Source: an uncultured virus (IMG/VR IMGVR_UViG_3300038393_001141)
Lineage: Duplodnaviria; Heunggongvirae; Uroviricota; Caudoviricetes
Reading direction: 5' to 3' (one strand)
IMG/VR virus record: IMGVR_UViG_3300038393_001141
DNA length: 64,000 nt
Shown in pieces: positions 9,142 through 18,469 of this stretch. The first letter of the stretch is position 1. The number at the start of each line of letters is the position of its first letter. The notes below the pieces were generated by a model that searched no databases, was not told where the DNA came from, and worked only from the letters and a program-made list of their open reading frames with translations. The position numbers were made by a program, and so were the translations under genes.

Positions 9142-9477
9142 TCACTTCCCCAATTGAATTTCGGATAACAAGGCCATTACTTCATTGCCAATTTCAGATG
9201 CATCGTAGGCTACACGGGTGTTTACTACGGCGGGTGACTCCCCCATCCTAAGATCAATTTTAGAGAATGCCTGTATCACCACACCATTCGAAGCGAAGTT
9301 CAAACCTATCCTTACATCAGCACCAGCCCACTCTCTGAGGCTTATTTCCTTACGCTTCTTCGTAAACCTAGATTTGATCCAGTCAAAAATCTCTTCTTTG
9401 TATACCAAGAACACACCGAACATAAACAGTAACAAAACTACCGCACCAAATAACACACTTTCCCACAACGTACTCAT
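9142..9477 (-). CDS. membrane-anchored hypothetical protein (paralogue of 9479-9808)
   Basis: N-terminal TM segment; ends ...EIQLGK like its neighbour. Confidence 0.6.
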   Translation of the reverse strand: MSTLWESVLFGAVVLLLFMFGVFLVYKEEIFDWIKSRFTKKRKEISLREWAGADVRIGLNFASNGVVIQAFSKIDLRMGESPAVVNTRVAYDASEIGNEVMALLSEIQLGK

Positions 9478-9478
9478 C

Positions 9479-9808
9479 TCACTTCCCCAATTGAATTTCT
9501 GCCAGTGCTGCCATGATCTCCGATCCAAGACTTTCAAAGTCAGAGACTATGCGGTCTATGGGTGCTCCATGCTGTCGGACTTTAACAATGTACCCGTTTG
9601 ATACATGGTCGACTGTGATGCTGATGGTTTTGCTTGGTGTGATTTTTATTTGGCTGGCAGCGTTTGCAATCGCCTGCTGCTGTAATCTATTATAGGTCTC
9701 TGTCAGCATGGGGTTGATTGCGGTCGAGGCGATGCTGCCCCAAGCGTCTTTCGGTAGTGTTGGACTCATATTGCTCCCCATTTGTGGTGGCCTCTTGGCA
9801 CACATCAA
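9479..9808 (-). CDS. hypothetical protein
   Basis: Ends ...EIQLGK; operon-coupled. Confidence 0.6.
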   Translation of the reverse strand: MMCAKRPPQMGSNMSPTLPKDAWGSIASTAINPMLTETYNRLQQQAIANAASQIKITPSKTISITVDHVSNGYIVKVRQHGAPIDRIVSDFESLGSEIMAALAEIQLGK

Positions 9809-10278
9809 TACACCTTGCCGCCGGCTGCCTTGCGGTTTTCGATCTTGTGATCAGGACGCTCTGCGTTGAACCGCATTTTCTCTACGATCGCTCCACCCAG
9901 GTCAAGGTTATGGGCCCCACAGAAATCGGCTATACGGATCACAGCATCGGCCAGTTCAACCTCTACACCCTTGCGGTGGGGTAGGTGGTCGTCCATCTTG
10001 TTCTTGCGGTGTGCTTCCATGGCTTCACTGATTTCACTATGAACCAGGCACAGCTGCTCCCCAACGTTCCGGAGACCAACGATAGATTCCCCTGTTTTGA
10101 GATCAGTCCACCACCCGGCTTTTACAGCCGCGCCATGACTTGCAGCTATGATTTTGTCAGCACCCCAAACAACTGCGGCTTCTTCCCGAGTCAAATTTTC
10201 CATTACCATTCCTTTGAAAGCAGAAGGGCTAAGCCCTTCTGCGAGGTTACTCACACTAGGACTACTGTCACTACTCAC
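9805..10278 (-). CDS. MazG-like nucleotide pyrophosphohydrolase
   Basis: LCLVHSEISEAMEA.RK...EVELADAVIRIAD...EKM.FN..R motif. Confidence 0.8.
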   Translation of the reverse strand: MSSDSSPSVSNLAEGLSPSAFKGMVMENLTREEAAVVWGADKIIAASHGAAVKAGWWTDLKTGESIVGLRNVGEQLCLVHSEISEAMEAHRKNKMDDHLPHRKGVEVELADAVIRIADFCGAHNLDLGGAIVEKMRFNAERPDHKIENRKAAGGKVY

Positions 10279-10565
10279 TCGTCATCACCCCCACGATTAC
10301 GGTTGCGATTTCCATACCGGCCAGCTTCGTAGGGATTGTTCACTGAGTCCGGAGACATGGGCGAGCCGTATCTGCCTTGTGGGTTGTTCACTGAATCTCT
10401 CTCGTAAGGGCTGCCGTACTTACCGTACGGATTGCTAATGCTGTTCTTGTCGTACTGGTTTGCGCTTGCATCTCCCAGGTATTTTCCGTCTTGTGAATAA
10501 ACCCTTGGCGGGCCTGCATGCGCCGTCATGACTGCTGCCAGTGCTGCTACTATTAAAATTCTCAT
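10275..10565 (-). CDS. exported small protein with SxxNPYGxYGS repeats
   Basis: Signal peptide MRILIVAALAAVMTAHA; repeated S.NNP.G.YGSP; AGGAG RBS. Confidence 0.7.
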   Translation of the reverse strand: MRILIVAALAAVMTAHAGPPRVYSQDGKYLGDASANQYDKNSISNPYGKYGSPYERDSVNNPQGRYGSPMSPDSVNNPYEAGRYGNRNRNRGGDDE

Positions 10566-10584
10566 TTGTCTCCTGATGTTTTGT

Positions 10585-10613
10585 AGTTTACGTATTGTAT
10601 TTTGTAATGTCAA
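10585..10613 (-). promoter_or_regulatory. sigma70-type promoter
   Basis: TTGACA-17 bp-TAAACT just upstream of 10565. Confidence 0.7.
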
Positions 10614-10853
10614 GTCTTGTGTTTTAACTGCTCATGTTTTCTCCTTTGTTAATTCCTTGTAAGATACCCGGCGCTGTGTACTACCACCGGTCTGGCCTTG
10701 AACAAGCTCTCGGGGTGCTCAGCCTGAGCCTTTTTCAACGGAACCCCATGAGTGTCAAACCCAGACGCTTCCATGAATGCTGACAGTTTGCTTTCGATAC
10801 GTATTAGTCTTGCTAGTATTTCGTCTTGCGTTTCGTTCACTGTGTTTCCTTTT

Positions 10854-11072
10854 TTAGTTGATTGTACGGTGACGTTGAAAATGTCCTCGGATTGCGCCGG
10901 CAATTGACTTCATGGCTATCTCCAATCCTTCCGGGTCTTCCGCTAGTGCTTGCCCGATGTTTATGCTTAGGTTAACCTCCCCGCCATCAGTGGGCGTAAT
11001 CCGGAGTATTCCCATTCCATCAGGGCGCTTCAAAAAGCGAGATTTGCTGGGTTTTGGTTCTTGGTCGCTCAT
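10854..11072 (-). CDS. hypothetical protein
   Basis: AAGGAG RBS; coupled ORF. Confidence 0.55.
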   Translation of the reverse strand: MSDQEPKPSKSRFLKRPDGMGILRITPTDGGEVNLSINIGQALAEDPEGLEIAMKSIAGAIRGHFQRHRTIN

Positions 11073-11344
11073 TGTGTTTCTCCTTTGTTGTAAAGCTTGT
11101 TGAATTCTTCGACTACCCAGTCATTGTACTCACGAGGATTCCAAAGTATGTAGATCATTGGAGTATCTGGCTCCCCAATAACATCTTGGCTTACCCAGTC
11201 TCTTATAGCATCTATCGATGTGCGTTTGTCGCTGCCCCAGGCATTCTCTATCCACTGGGGTGTGTCTCCATCCAAAAGCATCCTCTGAGCGTTAACCCAC
11301 ACTTGCCACTTCTGAATCTCAGCCCACCGCTCTTCACGGGTCAT
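11069..11344 (-). CDS. hypothetical protein, paralogue of the C-terminus of 11341-12063
   Basis: ERWAEIQKWQVWVNAQRML vs DKWPEIKKWLDWVRAQKLL. Confidence 0.6.
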   Translation of the reverse strand: MTREERWAEIQKWQVWVNAQRMLLDGDTPQWIENAWGSDKRTSIDAIRDWVSQDVIGEPDTPMIYILWNPREYNDWVVEEFNKLYNKGETQ

Positions 11345-12063
11345 GCTGGTTTGGTTGTTTTCAGCCATGGGTAGTCTCGGATGATCTGGTTTTGCTGCAG
11401 GAAGTACTTGCGTGCCAGGGGCTCCCAAGATTCTGGGCTGCACCACAGGAGCCAGATAGCTGCACCGGTCGGGCCTGCACCACTCTCCACCCAGGTTTTC
11501 ATGATTGTGTTGTTTGCACGTCTGTCTCTGTTCCAAGCTTGGCGTGCTTCTACCGGACACTCACCCCCAAGCAATTTCTGAGCTCTCACCCAGTCCAACC
11601 ACTTCTTGATCTCTGGCCACTTATCCTCGTCTGCTTTCTTGTCTGGGAAGCCCACCTTAATCTGTCTACTGGGAATAGGAGGAGAACTCTGGCAGGCGTA
11701 CTTGAGTGGTTCGTAGTGTGACGCATTCACCATCATGCTGTGCTCTTGGTCAATCCACAACACGGGGTTGTCCACCAGCTGAGATTTGCGAACTTCCAGT
11801 CCCTCTGGGGTAAACATCTTCCCTGGATACTCACTGGCTTTGACGCAGTATGTGCCTAGCATTTCAGCCATCTTTTTTCTACCGTCCGGGTTACGGTGTC
11901 CTCCGGTCAGAACGTCAAACGCACCGTGCTCCCAGAACCTAACCCCGTCGGAATTCACATACCGCATGCGAGTTTCGTAATCAATTCCTCGTCCTGCATT
12001 GATGTGGTACGCCATTCCTGTGTGTTTTTTGACTAGGTTTTCGTAGTTGGTTGCTGGTCTCAT
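11341..12063 (-). CDS. hypothetical protein
   Basis: 240-aa ORF with GGAG RBS. Confidence 0.7.
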   Translation of the reverse strand: MRPATNYENLVKKHTGMAYHINAGRGIDYETRMRYVNSDGVRFWEHGAFDVLTGGHRNPDGRKKMAEMLGTYCVKASEYPGKMFTPEGLEVRKSQLVDNPVLWIDQEHSMMVNASHYEPLKYACQSSPPIPSRQIKVGFPDKKADEDKWPEIKKWLDWVRAQKLLGGECPVEARQAWNRDRRANNTIMKTWVESGAGPTGAAIWLLWCSPESWEPLARKYFLQQNQIIRDYPWLKTTKPA

Positions 12064-12066
12064 TAA

Positions 12067-12312
12067 TTACTCCCAATTAAAATCGGTATAGTTGTTAGTG
12101 CGGGGCGCACGCGGGCGCGGTTTATTTCCCTTAAATAAATAACCAACCGGTCTGACAGGTTTACGTTTTTGTATATCCAACAAACCAGCTTCACACCACT
12201 CGTCCAGCTTCTTGGCACCCACACCATACGCCATCCTGAAGTGAGACCTGGGTAGGTCAGGGCGCCGAGCCACTGCTTGTCTTATCAGTTCGATCCTCGG
12301 GTCTAGTCCCAT
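12067..12312 (-). CDS. hypothetical, possibly HTH-like protein
   Basis: Coupled ORF; R..YGVG.KKL..W pattern. Confidence 0.45.
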   Translation of the reverse strand: MGLDPRIELIRQAVARRPDLPRSHFRMAYGVGAKKLDEWCEAGLLDIQKRKPVRPVGYLFKGNKPRPRAPRTNNYTDFNWE

Positions 12313-13019
12313 TGGGTAGGTCTCCTCATTTCTCCGACGGGTACTGGGACTTGGATGAATGAGTCTGTGAGCTCGTAAGCATCAGACCATAGCTCTTGTT
12401 TTCTGTCAGCCCAGGTTGGGAAGTAATATCCAGCGGCTTCTAAAAAGCTTACTGACTCATCCTCTTCAATAACCCTGAGCAGCTTGCTGCGGTCGCACGT
12501 CACACCATCAAATTTCCCTCCCAACTTCAAACAGGCATCAACCCAATTCAAAAACGGTTTCAGCTTCTTCCTGGTCTCCGCGGCTTTCTTTTTGTCCAGC
12601 AGGGTTCGGTATTCCTGCACCGGGTTGACTGGCGTACCGTCGGGGAGGATTCTAAGCCCGTCGGTCGGTACTTTAAATGTGCCTTTGCCGGTCGACACAT
12701 AACCATTCGAATACGCTGTGTAGGGCGAGATTGCATGTATGAACTTTGAAGTGGATACGGAGTGCCAGACCCCAAAATCCACAGTAATTGAATCGTCCTG
12801 GTGATAGACTACACAGTCAGTACTGTATAATCGGCAAGAAATGTCGCCGTTAGAAAGTTGGTGTATAGACATGTGCTTTTTGGCACGCGGTCCGATCGGT
12901 CGGATTCCGTTCGTGTAGTAATCTTTGCTTTTTACTGGTTTGATGTTTTCGTAGTGCTGCAGTGCTTGCTTGTACGTCCTGATGTATGGCAGGCCGTTGG
13001 TGCTTATTGAATATGCCAT
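12303..13019 (-). CDS. hypothetical protein
   Basis: 238-aa ORF with AGGAG RBS. Confidence 0.7.
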   Translation of the reverse strand: MAYSISTNGLPYIRTYKQALQHYENIKPVKSKDYYTNGIRPIGPRAKKHMSIHQLSNGDISCRLYSTDCVVYHQDDSITVDFGVWHSVSTSKFIHAISPYTAYSNGYVSTGKGTFKVPTDGLRILPDGTPVNPVQEYRTLLDKKKAAETRKKLKPFLNWVDACLKLGGKFDGVTCDRSKLLRVIEEDESVSFLEAAGYYFPTWADRKQELWSDAYELTDSFIQVPVPVGEMRRPTQWD

Positions 13020-13029
13020 TACTTAACTC

Positions 13030-13834
13030 CTATTGATCCAGTAAAACTAGAGCTTCAATTATCGATTTCGCTTCGTCTTTAGATAGAGTCGCGTCAAACA
13101 TCTTGTCCTCTTTGGGGTAATTGAACCAACACCATCTTTCCCTAGTGGACCTGCGAGATAGAATTCCCATGTGTCTATCCGCATTTTTTCGTAATTCGAG
13201 TCCTGCTCCAGACTTATGCCAACTAAGGGTCATTTCCACCACCTATTGATTTGTCCAGAGCTGCTATCGACTCATAGATCGTCAGTGCTTCCTGGAATGA
13301 CGGTTCTTCGTCTAGAGGGCCGATCGATCTGTGGTTATCCCGACCGTAGTTGATGAAGTACCCGCGCTTGTTTCGCACAATTTCAATCACGACTTCCTTT
13401 CGCTCTCCGAGTTTCACTACCCCTCCAACCGGATCATGGCTTCGACAACGGCTTTGGCTTCTTCCAGATTGTTGCCGAGTTGGTGCTCACGTATTTCGCG
13501 ATCGTACGCTGTCCAAATCCATTCTCCGCGTTTAAGTTCGAGATTCCCTGGGCTCGCACCATTTTCTGGGTTGCAGTAATACGTATTCGGAAATGCTGAA
13601 CTCTTCTCCCACTCAAGCTCCATGTCAGCCCTCCAACCGGATCATGGCTTCAACGACGAGTTTGGCTTCTTCTACAGTCAATCCAGGTAACTCAATATCC
13701 GCACCTGTAGTTGGGCACCATTCTAAGCATCGATCAGCACGTACACGCATGATGAATCCGAAGATATCGTGGTCCATGTTTCTCAAATCCCAAGTGTCTA
13801 TGTACTCTTCATCCAAAACCCACTCAAGCTCCAT
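13030..13834 (-). CDS. four tandem ~65-70 aa paralogues (13030-13242, 13223-13417, 13417-13623, 13625-13834)
   Basis: Shared C-terminal EEAK.VVEAMIRLEG / DEAKSIIEALVLLDQ / QEALTIYESIAALD; two start MELEW. Confidence 0.75.
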
Positions 13835-13835
13835 G

Positions 13836-14960
13836 TCAGCCCTCGAACTTTATGGTTTCTCCGAACGGCGCCTTGACATCGCTGGTAATCAGCCAAATTA
13901 CAGGGGCGTCGGGTTGTGGCCCGTCGAACGGGGTGTGCCCATCCGTGAGCACTACTATGACTGCTGGCTCTAACCCCTGCTTACCAACCCAGTGCAGCGC
14001 TTCCATCATATCCGTTCCACCACCACCCACGGCCTCAAGCTTGAACGGCATGTCCTGCGGCAACACCTCAACGGTTTTGTTCACCGCGGAGTCACAGTAG
14101 ACCAGGTGTACCTTCTCAGGGTGGCAGGTCTCAAGTATCCGGTTCAGGTGCGCCTGGCACTCTGCCAACTCTCTAGCCCCGATCGAGCCTGACGTGTCCA
14201 CTACCAACACTATCTCACCCATGGTAGGTTCCGATGCGATCGAAGGAAGGTGTATCCCTTGGCCGGCGTAGCGCTTGTTGGGCTTGGCCCACGAGTAATC
14301 TGACTTTGTCAAGCTGGTCATGTACCGCTCTAAAATTGTGAACCATGGGGTCCGGACGTACAAAATATCATCGACGAACCTCTGCAGGTGCTCAGGCATT
14401 TTCCCTTGCATGCGTGCGGCTTGGGCAGCCTGGGCCATCTCTACTTTCACAGCAGCTGCGATCTCGCTCAGCTCGGCTTGGGTTAGAGATTCACCGCCAG
14501 GTAGTATGTCGTGGCCAATACCGACGCCATCCATGTACTCCTTGCCTTTGGGCTGCTCGGGCAGTTCGGCGTAAACCTCTTCCCAGGTCTTGTCCTTGGA
14601 CCCGGGCATGTTCACCGCACCGGATGGCATCTTGCCCACACCCGATGATTGGAGTATGTCGTTGATGCAGGCGTCCTGGGCGTAGTTCGCCTTCTGCGGG
14701 TTGCGTCCCCCCAGCCGGGCAAAGTGGTGCAGTATTTTGTGCATGCACTCGTGAGCCAGAACGAATACCACCTCCTGTATTTCCAGCTCTTTCTCGAAGA
14801 AGTCGTGGTTGTAGTAAATCGTCCCACGAGCGTCGACCGCCGCGGTTGGTATGTCCTTGCGCTCTACGAGTTTCCCGCGGAGCAGGATCGATGCAAAGAA
14901 CGGATGACTCAGCACCAGCTGACTCTTTGCCTTTTCTAATTTGCTAAATTTGGTTGCCAT
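13836..14960 (-). CDS. DUF2201-type metallopeptidase + vWA domain protein
   Basis: LAHECMH (HExxH); VVDTSGSI MIDAS motif; GGGGTD; LTDG. Confidence 0.9.
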   Translation of the reverse strand: MATKFSKLEKAKSQLVLSHPFFASILLRGKLVERKDIPTAAVDARGTIYYNHDFFEKELEIQEVVFVLAHECMHKILHHFARLGGRNPQKANYAQDACINDILQSSGVGKMPSGAVNMPGSKDKTWEEVYAELPEQPKGKEYMDGVGIGHDILPGGESLTQAELSEIAAAVKVEMAQAAQAARMQGKMPEHLQRFVDDILYVRTPWFTILERYMTSLTKSDYSWAKPNKRYAGQGIHLPSIASEPTMGEIVLVVDTSGSIGARELAECQAHLNRILETCHPEKVHLVYCDSAVNKTVEVLPQDMPFKLEAVGGGGTDMMEALHWVGKQGLEPAVIVVLTDGHTPFDGPQPDAPVIWLITSDVKAPFGETIKFEG

Positions 14961-15644
14961 CTTTTTGTTCCTTGCTAATGAATTCTTCTACTAGCTCGTC
15001 CCAGTCTAGATCAATCGAAGCAGAGACGACTCGCCACTCCAGGTCGGGTACGTCAAATTTCTTCTTCACCAAGTTGATCGTAGCGGCTCTCTTTGTTTTG
15101 TACTGCCTCGTTGTACACCAGGTGTTACCCCAACCTCTGTATTGAAGCCGATACACACTGTCTCCTTTAATTATTTAAACTCAGGATCGAACACAACCTT
15201 GTAACTGCCTCCATGCTTCAAAGCCAACTTGGCCATCTCTACCTGAGCCTGCTTCTTTGAGCTGTATGGTCCGTGGTAGAACTTATACAGGCTGTTTTTG
15301 ATTTCTATGATCCACATACTGTTTCCTTTAAGTAACTACGTTTCCTTGGGGGTCTAGAATTCTCCATTCGTCGTCAGGCCATCTGAACTTTTGTACTACC
15401 ATAGCTACCAAGGCTTCTTCTTCAGTGGCAAACCTATGTTGAACGGAGCTCCAATTGCCAACCCGCTCCACTCTGAACTGAACTCTCCACATCACTCCTC
15501 CTTCACGATCCGCCACTGGCCCGCGTACGTCAGGGCCAGTTCAGCTAAGCGAACTTGGGTATACTCCTCTGAGTCGCATGCAAACCAGAGAAGCCATCTA
15601 TATTCCCCGTCGATACACTCACACCACGCCTCAATCTTCCACAT
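14944..15644 (-). CDS. four tandem mini-protein paralogues (14944-15156, 15171-15317, 15328-15492, 15492-15644)
   Basis: Manual translation: MYRLQY.., MWIIEIK..YSSKKQAQVEMAK..YKVV, MWRVQF..FATEEEALVAMV..EWRIL, MWKIEAW..SEEYTQVRLAE..QWRIV. Confidence 0.75.
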
Positions 15645-15649
15645 CCCTG

Positions 15650-16651
15650 CTACCCAGCCAAAACTGTGGAGTACTTAGTGGCCAGCTCAACGAACGCCTT
15701 ATGACTGCTAATCTCAGGCTTGAGCTTGTAAGCATCGCGCCACCCCATGACCAGGAATTCAGGAGGCAGACGTTTCAGGTAATCAGCCACTCGCCCGAAG
15801 TTGTCCTTGTCAGCACGGAATGCCAGGGCTCCAGATACTGCGTACAGTGCGGCTGGTTCGGTTGGTACAGGGCTCCCTGTCGGGTCCAGGAGAATCCCAT
15901 CGATGTTCGGCATGGCGTCAGCGATCTTCTTGAACGCTACCATCTCAGCTGCGCATCCCTCACCCACAAGACCCTTGGCTGCCTGGAACAATTGTGCTGG
16001 TGTCAGGGTCGCCGGCAGGGTTGCTACCATTGCATGGGTACGCTCGGTGGGGTTGGAAAATCTATCCGGCATGTAGTCATTCAGCAGGTTTGGGCGGAAC
16101 CGCAGGAATGCGATGTACCAGCTTGGCAGTCCATTCTCCAGTGCCCACTCGCACCATCCATCAAGGGAGGATTCCATCTCAAGCATCAACACACGGTTGG
16201 CCAGCTGACCCACCACGCGATTGGCCCCCGCCTTGTCGGTAGCCCTATTTCCGGTCGCCATTACAACGGTTTCTTTTGACAGGTTTACATCACCTATCTT
16301 CCGGTCGAGAATCAATCCAGCTAATGCGTTTTGGAGCATTGTTGACGCTTGAGCCAGCTCGTCCACGCAGAACATCCACCTACCTGCAGACATCTGCTTG
16401 AGCCATGCAGGGGGAGCCCAATGAGTACACTTATCTCCATTGACGTGGGGTATGCCCATAAGGTCTGTGGGGTCCATCAAACTCGGGCGTATCAACACAA
16501 CCCTGTCGCTGGGTATCCCCAAATCCTTCGCTACCGCATACATCAAGCATGTCTTGCCGTTGCCTGGTGCGCCTGCTACATAGATACTTTGTTGTGGATT
16601 GCTCTTGAGAACCGCTACTGAAAGGTCGCGATTGTCTTGGAAATTGCTCAT
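15650..16651 (-). CDS. MoxR-like AAA+ ATPase
   Basis: GAPGNGKT Walker A, CVDE Walker B, ATGNR sensor, LANR arginine finger, PTER. Confidence 0.9.
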   Translation of the reverse strand: MSNFQDNRDLSVAVLKSNPQQSIYVAGAPGNGKTCLMYAVAKDLGIPSDRVVLIRPSLMDPTDLMGIPHVNGDKCTHWAPPAWLKQMSAGRWMFCVDELAQASTMLQNALAGLILDRKIGDVNLSKETVVMATGNRATDKAGANRVVGQLANRVLMLEMESSLDGWCEWALENGLPSWYIAFLRFRPNLLNDYMPDRFSNPTERTHAMVATLPATLTPAQLFQAAKGLVGEGCAAEMVAFKKIADAMPNIDGILLDPTGSPVPTEPAALYAVSGALAFRADKDNFGRVADYLKRLPPEFLVMGWRDAYKLKPEISSHKAFVELATKYSTVLAG

Positions 16652-16668
16652 TTAGTAACTCCTTTGAA

Positions 16669-16697
16669 TTGAATTGATTTGCTAGGTATGATATACT
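16669..16697 (+). promoter_or_regulatory. sigma70-type promoter of the antisense GIY-YIG gene
   Basis: TTGAAT-17 bp-TATACT with extended TG. Confidence 0.6.
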
Positions 16698-16724
16698 ATT
16701 GTTTTATGTATTGCGAGAACTTTT

Positions 16725-17375
16725 GTGAATATCGGAATTTATTCTATATCTCACTCCTCTGGAGATATCTACATCGGCAGTTCTATAGAGTTGAAGAAAA
16801 GGCTGTATTATCATAAGCATAGGCTTAGAAAAGGCACTCACTTCAACCCTAAGCTACAAGCGGCCTGGGACAAGTATGGTGAAGATGCCTTCACGTTCTC
16901 TGTTGTTGAATATGTATTAGAAAAATCTCAGATCATTGTACGTGAGCAATACTGGATCGATGCGAATATGGGTAGGCTGTACAACCTCTGTCCAGTTGCC
17001 GGCAACACTATGGGGCGCACCCATACTGCGGCTACTAGAGAGAAAATACGGAAGGCTAATCTAGGTAAGAAGGCTACAGACCAAGCCAAATCAAACATGG
17101 CCGCGTCTCAGCGCGGTAGAAAACATCCTGAAGGAATCAGGGCGAAGATATCCAAGGCTCACAAAGGGAGGAAATTTTCTGAGTCTCACCGCAAAGCCTT
17201 GTCAGAAGCCAGAAAGGCGCCTGATCTTCTAGCCCACTCGCTTGCTAACTGTAAGAAAATGTCGGGTATGCTCAAGGGTAAGAAACGGGCGCCTTTCACT
17301 GCAGAGCACCGAGATAAACTTGCGGCGGCTGCCAGAGCTCAACACGAACGGAGACGTTCTTCGCTTCTAAGCTAA
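16725..17375 (+). CDS. GIY-YIG homing endonuclease, inserted antisense
   Basis: IGIYSI...IYIGSS...REQYWID...YNL; NUMOD3-like repeats. Confidence 0.9.
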   Translation: MNIGIYSISHSSGDIYIGSSIELKKRLYYHKHRLRKGTHFNPKLQAAWDKYGEDAFTFSVVEYVLEKSQIIVREQYWIDANMGRLYNLCPVAGNTMGRTHTAATREKIRKANLGKKATDQAKSNMAASQRGRKHPEGIRAKISKAHKGRKFSESHRKALSEARKAPDLLAHSLANCKKMSGMLKGKKRAPFTAEHRDKLAAAARAQHERRRSSLLS

Positions 17376-17587
17376 AGTTTCAATTCAGCTATACGTTCTT
17401 CCAGCTCTTCGAGCCATATCGCGATCGCCGCTTCAGCTTCAGAGTCGTTGTCTGGATCGCCTTGCATAACCTTGAAGCTCCCCATGACTGTTGTACACAT
17501 CTTGAGATCGTCCTTCTTTAACGATGCTCTTATTTCCTCGCGTGATTTCAACACGCTTTCCGATAGTGCAGCACCTTTCAGTATCAT
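17372..17587 (-). CDS. hypothetical protein
   Basis: AAGGAG RBS. Confidence 0.55.
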   Translation of the reverse strand: MILKGAALSESVLKSREEIRASLKKDDLKMCTTVMGSFKVMQGDPDNDSEAEAAIAIWLEELEERIAELKL

Positions 17588-17617
17588 TTGTCTCTCCTTT
17601 AAGTTATTTATACGCGA

Positions 17618-17933
17618 TCAATCCTTTACCTCCAGGATTCGGTACTTGTAGCTTGGGTCTTCAAAAATACACTCCACCAGCTGCACATCAACTTCTTCTC
17701 TGGTTGCACACTGGGTGCTCAAAAGCTCAAGCCAAATTTCGTGGCTATTGCTCCAGAACTCAACCACCCACATCTGGAACCTCCAGTTTGACCACCCTAC
17801 GCCTGAAATCCTGGTTTTCCATAGCCCTCTTCACTAGGTATACTAGAGCTTCTTCCTCGGTTTCGAACTCTATGGAGCAGGTATCCCAATCGTCAGGGTG
17901 GGATTCATGGTACTGAAACTGTACCCTCCACAT
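17618..17933 (-). CDS. two mini-protein paralogues (17618-17773, 17760-17933)
   Basis: MWVVEFW..CATREEVDVQLVECIFEDPSYKYRIL; MWRVQFQ..FETEEEALVYLVKRAMENQDFRRRVV. Confidence 0.75.
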
Positions 17934-18469
17934 CTCAGTCCTTCACCATCTCGGACAGCTTGGCCTCCATCTCACGGTTGGCCTGGGCTTCCTGTACTGC
18001 GATCGCACGGCGTAGCTTTTCCAGTTGACTTTTGATTGCAATTTCGATACCTTTTGAGTTCATAGAATTTCTCCTGTTCTTAAGTCTTTAACCCTGTACA
18101 CAGGGCCGTGATCGAAAATAAGCTGAGCCTTATGCGTCAAGGCTGTTTCTTTGCCTTCGCAATACATCATGTGCATCCATTGCATTCCCAATTGCAGAGA
18201 AGACCAATCTTGCAATTTCTCCAGATCGTATCTCATAAATCCTCCAGGGGCTGGCAGCCGGCTCACAGCCACACCATTAAGCTAATAAACCCAACAAAAA
18301 TAGATACACCCAACCCAATTGCCTGTATGTCGTCAGTGCTATACTTCTCAAATCCACCATCGTCCAGGTTGAACCTGCGCCACCACTTCACAGCCCCAGC
18401 AACTCAACAATGTAGCCCAGTGCAAACGACAGCATCATGACTGCTGTTACAAACTCAGCTACTACAACA

